A DNA stretch of 58,899 nt from a virus (Duplodnaviria > Caudoviricetes): positions 1 through 58,899 of the IMG/VR virus record IMGVR_UViG_3300025083_000028. One strand, given 5' to 3'. Position 1 is the stretch's first letter. Every line of letters begins with the position of its first letter. Shown here piece by piece: positions 57,404-58,899 of the stretch. The notes beneath the pieces are model-generated. The model did no database searches and was not told where the DNA came from. It was given only the letters and a program-made list of their open reading frames with translations. The position numbers and the translations under genes are program-made.

Positions 57404-57436
57404 ATATTATCCAAATGACTTCGTATTTGCTTTGTA
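57404..57436 (-). promoter_or_regulatory. Early-arm conserved motif copy 6
   Basis: atattatcc-aaatgac-ttcgtatttgctttgta. Confidence 0.8.
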
Positions 57437-57520
57437 AATAATTTCAAAAGTAGGTAAAATGTTTAATATGTAAAATGGTGTTGTAGGTATAACACTCTAT
57501 CTCTATATACCCAAAAGTGT

Positions 57521-57562
57521 GACATTAGGTATATAATGATTTAATAGTAGCTAGCTATTGTC
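57521..57562. promoter_or_regulatory. Inverted-repeat site copy 2 (GACATTAG-N26-CTATTGTC)
   Basis: Non-coding; matches 51865 and 58590 sites. Confidence 0.55.
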
Positions 57563-57601
57563 GCTATTTACCGACTGTCGTTTTGTCGTGTTAGTAACTA
57601 A

Positions 57602-57660
57602 GTATGACAATTTGTCGCTTTTGAAAAGTTTGGCGCAATTTTTGCTATACAATGCTATAC
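57602..57660. repeat. TGACA-palindrome plus TGCTATAC direct repeats, block 1
   Basis: gtatgacaatttgtcgc...ggcgc..tttttgctatac aatgctatac. Confidence 0.7.
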
Positions 57661-57719
57661 GCCACCGCGTAGATGCCACTGGTGTTGCGGTATCTACTTA
57701 CTCTACACGGTGATGTTTT

Positions 57720-58025
57720 TTAAGATTCAAGTAAATCTATTCTTTCAATTACTTTGTTTCTTACATTAGTTGGCATATCAGTTGATTGAGACCAATACTT
57801 TCTTTTAATCCAACATGGCATTACTTTTAGTTTAGGTAACATTACTTTTAACACTTCGTCATGGTTATAAGTTATTTGTTGGTGTTTGTTATTAATAAAG
57901 GTTATTATTTGATTTCTACCAAACCAACTTTCTCTTACTACAAAGTTGTTTCTGTGAATAGGTGGGAAGATTTCAGTTAATTCTTCTTTACTTAATTTAC
58001 TTAGGTTTTCATTTAATTTACTCAT
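57720..58025 (-). CDS. Hypothetical protein
   Basis: 101 aa downstream of motif copy 7. Confidence 0.7.
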   Translation of the reverse strand: MSKLNENLSKLSKEELTEIFPPIHRNNFVVRESWFGRNQIITFINNKHQQITYNHDEVLKVMLPKLKVMPCWIKRKYWSQSTDMPTNVRNKVIERIDLLES

Positions 58026-58059
58026 TTTATTTAATTTTAAAGGTTATACTTATTTTATA

Positions 58060-58092
58060 TTATTATCCAGTTTACTTCGTGTTCAGTTTGTA
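58060..58092 (-). promoter_or_regulatory. Early-arm conserved motif copy 7
   Basis: ttattatcc-agtttac-ttcgtgttcagtttgta. Confidence 0.8.
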
Positions 58093-58098
58093 AAAGTT

Positions 58099-58242
58099 TT
58101 ATTTATACTTTTGAATTAATTTATTTATTTCTTTTAAGTTTTTAAAGTGATAATGGTATATTACTTTATTATTATTTAATATTGTAAAGTCATACATTTT
58201 GAATTTTTTAGAGTAGGCTATTTGAAAGATATTTGGGTGCAT
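58099..58242 (-). CDS. Small hypothetical protein (47 aa)
   Basis: MHPNIFQIAYSKKFKMYDFTILNNNKVIYHYHFKNLKEINKLIQKYK; downstream of motif copy 8. Confidence 0.5.
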   Translation of the reverse strand: MHPNIFQIAYSKKFKMYDFTILNNNKVIYHYHFKNLKEINKLIQKYK

Positions 58243-58265
58243 ATTATTTATTTTTAATTACACTT

Positions 58266-58298
58266 ATATTATCCAATTTGCATCGTGTTCGCCTTGTA
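58266..58298 (-). promoter_or_regulatory. Early-arm conserved motif copy 8
   Basis: atattatcc-aatttgc-atcgtgttcgccttgta. Confidence 0.75.
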
Positions 58299-58335
58299 AA
58301 ACGGGAGATGACAATATGACATATAAAAAATGAAT

Positions 58336-58433
58336 GTATGACAATATGTCACAGGTAAAGATTCCGGCGCGGTTTTTGCTATACGCAATGCTATACATTG
58401 CTATACAGCTTCGCTGTAGCTCCGCTGCTACAC
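58336..58433. repeat. TGACA-palindrome plus TGCTATAC direct repeats, block 2
   Basis: gtatgacaatatgtcac...ggcgcggtttttgctatac; TGCTATAC at 58377, 58389, 58399; TGCTACAC at 58426. Confidence 0.75.
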
Positions 58434-58435
58434 TA

Positions 58436-58468
58436 GTATTATCCAGTGCAGTCCGTGTTTACTACGTA
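58436..58468 (-). promoter_or_regulatory. Early-arm conserved motif copy 9 (most diverged)
   Basis: gtattatcc-agtgcag-tccgtgtttactacgta. Confidence 0.65.
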
Positions 58469-58589
58469 ACAAAAGGTAAAACTTTTCACTAAAATATCCT
58501 AAAAGGCGGGGGGGTGGGGTAAAATAAATGGCTTTACTATAAAGGTATATTGCTGTAATATGTATATATAACCCATTACTTCCCTATAC

Positions 58590-58630
58590 GACATTAGCCT
58601 GTAAAGGTACATTAGTAGCTACCTAACGTC
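58590..58630. promoter_or_regulatory. Inverted-repeat site copy 3 (GACATTAG-N25-CTAACGTC)
   Basis: Non-coding, just upstream of the first plus-strand gene. Confidence 0.55.
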
Positions 58631-58669
58631 ACGTTATTAATAATTAGGTATAATAAGTAATAATAAAGT

Positions 58670-58899
58670 ATGGCACAAAAACTATCAATGAAAGCCCGGT
58701 TGGCTAAAGCAAAGCGAGACAAGAAATATGCGATGAGCGAATGGGGTAAATACAAGAAGCGTACTGCACAGGCAAAGAAGTGTAAGAAAGGGTTTGATTT
58801 CGATCACAGATTAGGCAAATGTATAAAAGCATCCAAGAACAGAGCCGGTGGAAAAGGCGGTACTAAAAACGAAAAAACCCAAAAGAGGTACGGGTATTA
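58670..58899 (+). CDS. Basic protein with degenerate HNH-like motif (runs to window end)
   Basis: MAQKLSMKARLAKAKRDK...GFDFDHRLGKCIKASKNRAGG; first gene of the plus-strand arm; not in ORF track. Confidence 0.6.
   Translation, partial: MAQKLSMKARLAKAKRDKKYAMSEWGKYKKRTAQAKKCKKGFDFDHRLGKCIKASKNRAGGKGGTKNEKTQKRYGY

Overview
The window is most of the genome of a lytic, podovirus-like dsDNA phage. It is AT-rich, uses the standard code, and gene starts lack Shine-Dalgarno motifs and have A/T-rich leaders, which points to a Bacteroidota (probably marine flavobacterial) host; this is inference. Plus strand 1-41038 and 58670-end carries the late/structural arm: tail-fibre genes with Peptidase_S74-type chaperone ends, GroES-like protein, terminase, portal, scaffold, major capsid protein, tail proteins, three probable ejection proteins (one of 2127 aa), and a lysis region interrupted by a six-gene cell-envelope operon. 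Minus strand 41120-58242 carries the early/replication arm: nrdA/nrdB, endonuclease I-like resolvase, MazG, ThyA, primase-helicase, SSB, exonuclease, ERF recombinase, a sigma-70-like factor, an HTH protein, a tRNA/ncRNA cluster and many small ORFs. No DNA polymerase, integrase or CRISPR array is visible. Most notable: (i) a 33-bp fixed-spacing motif in 9 copies heading the early units, together with a sigma-region-2-like segment inside the giant virion protein and a second 4-copy motif for later genes; (ii) two homologous copies of an unrecognised structured RNA flanking an aberrant 8/5 tRNA-like RNA next to tRNA-fMet; (iii) an operon encoding CsgG-like, cohesin/dockerin-like, T9SS-CTD-like and beta-barrel proteins between the putative holin and the endolysin; (iv) a 41-42 bp inverted-repeat site in 3 copies, one covering the start of the HTH gene. 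All functional calls come from motifs recognised by eye; no database searches were run.
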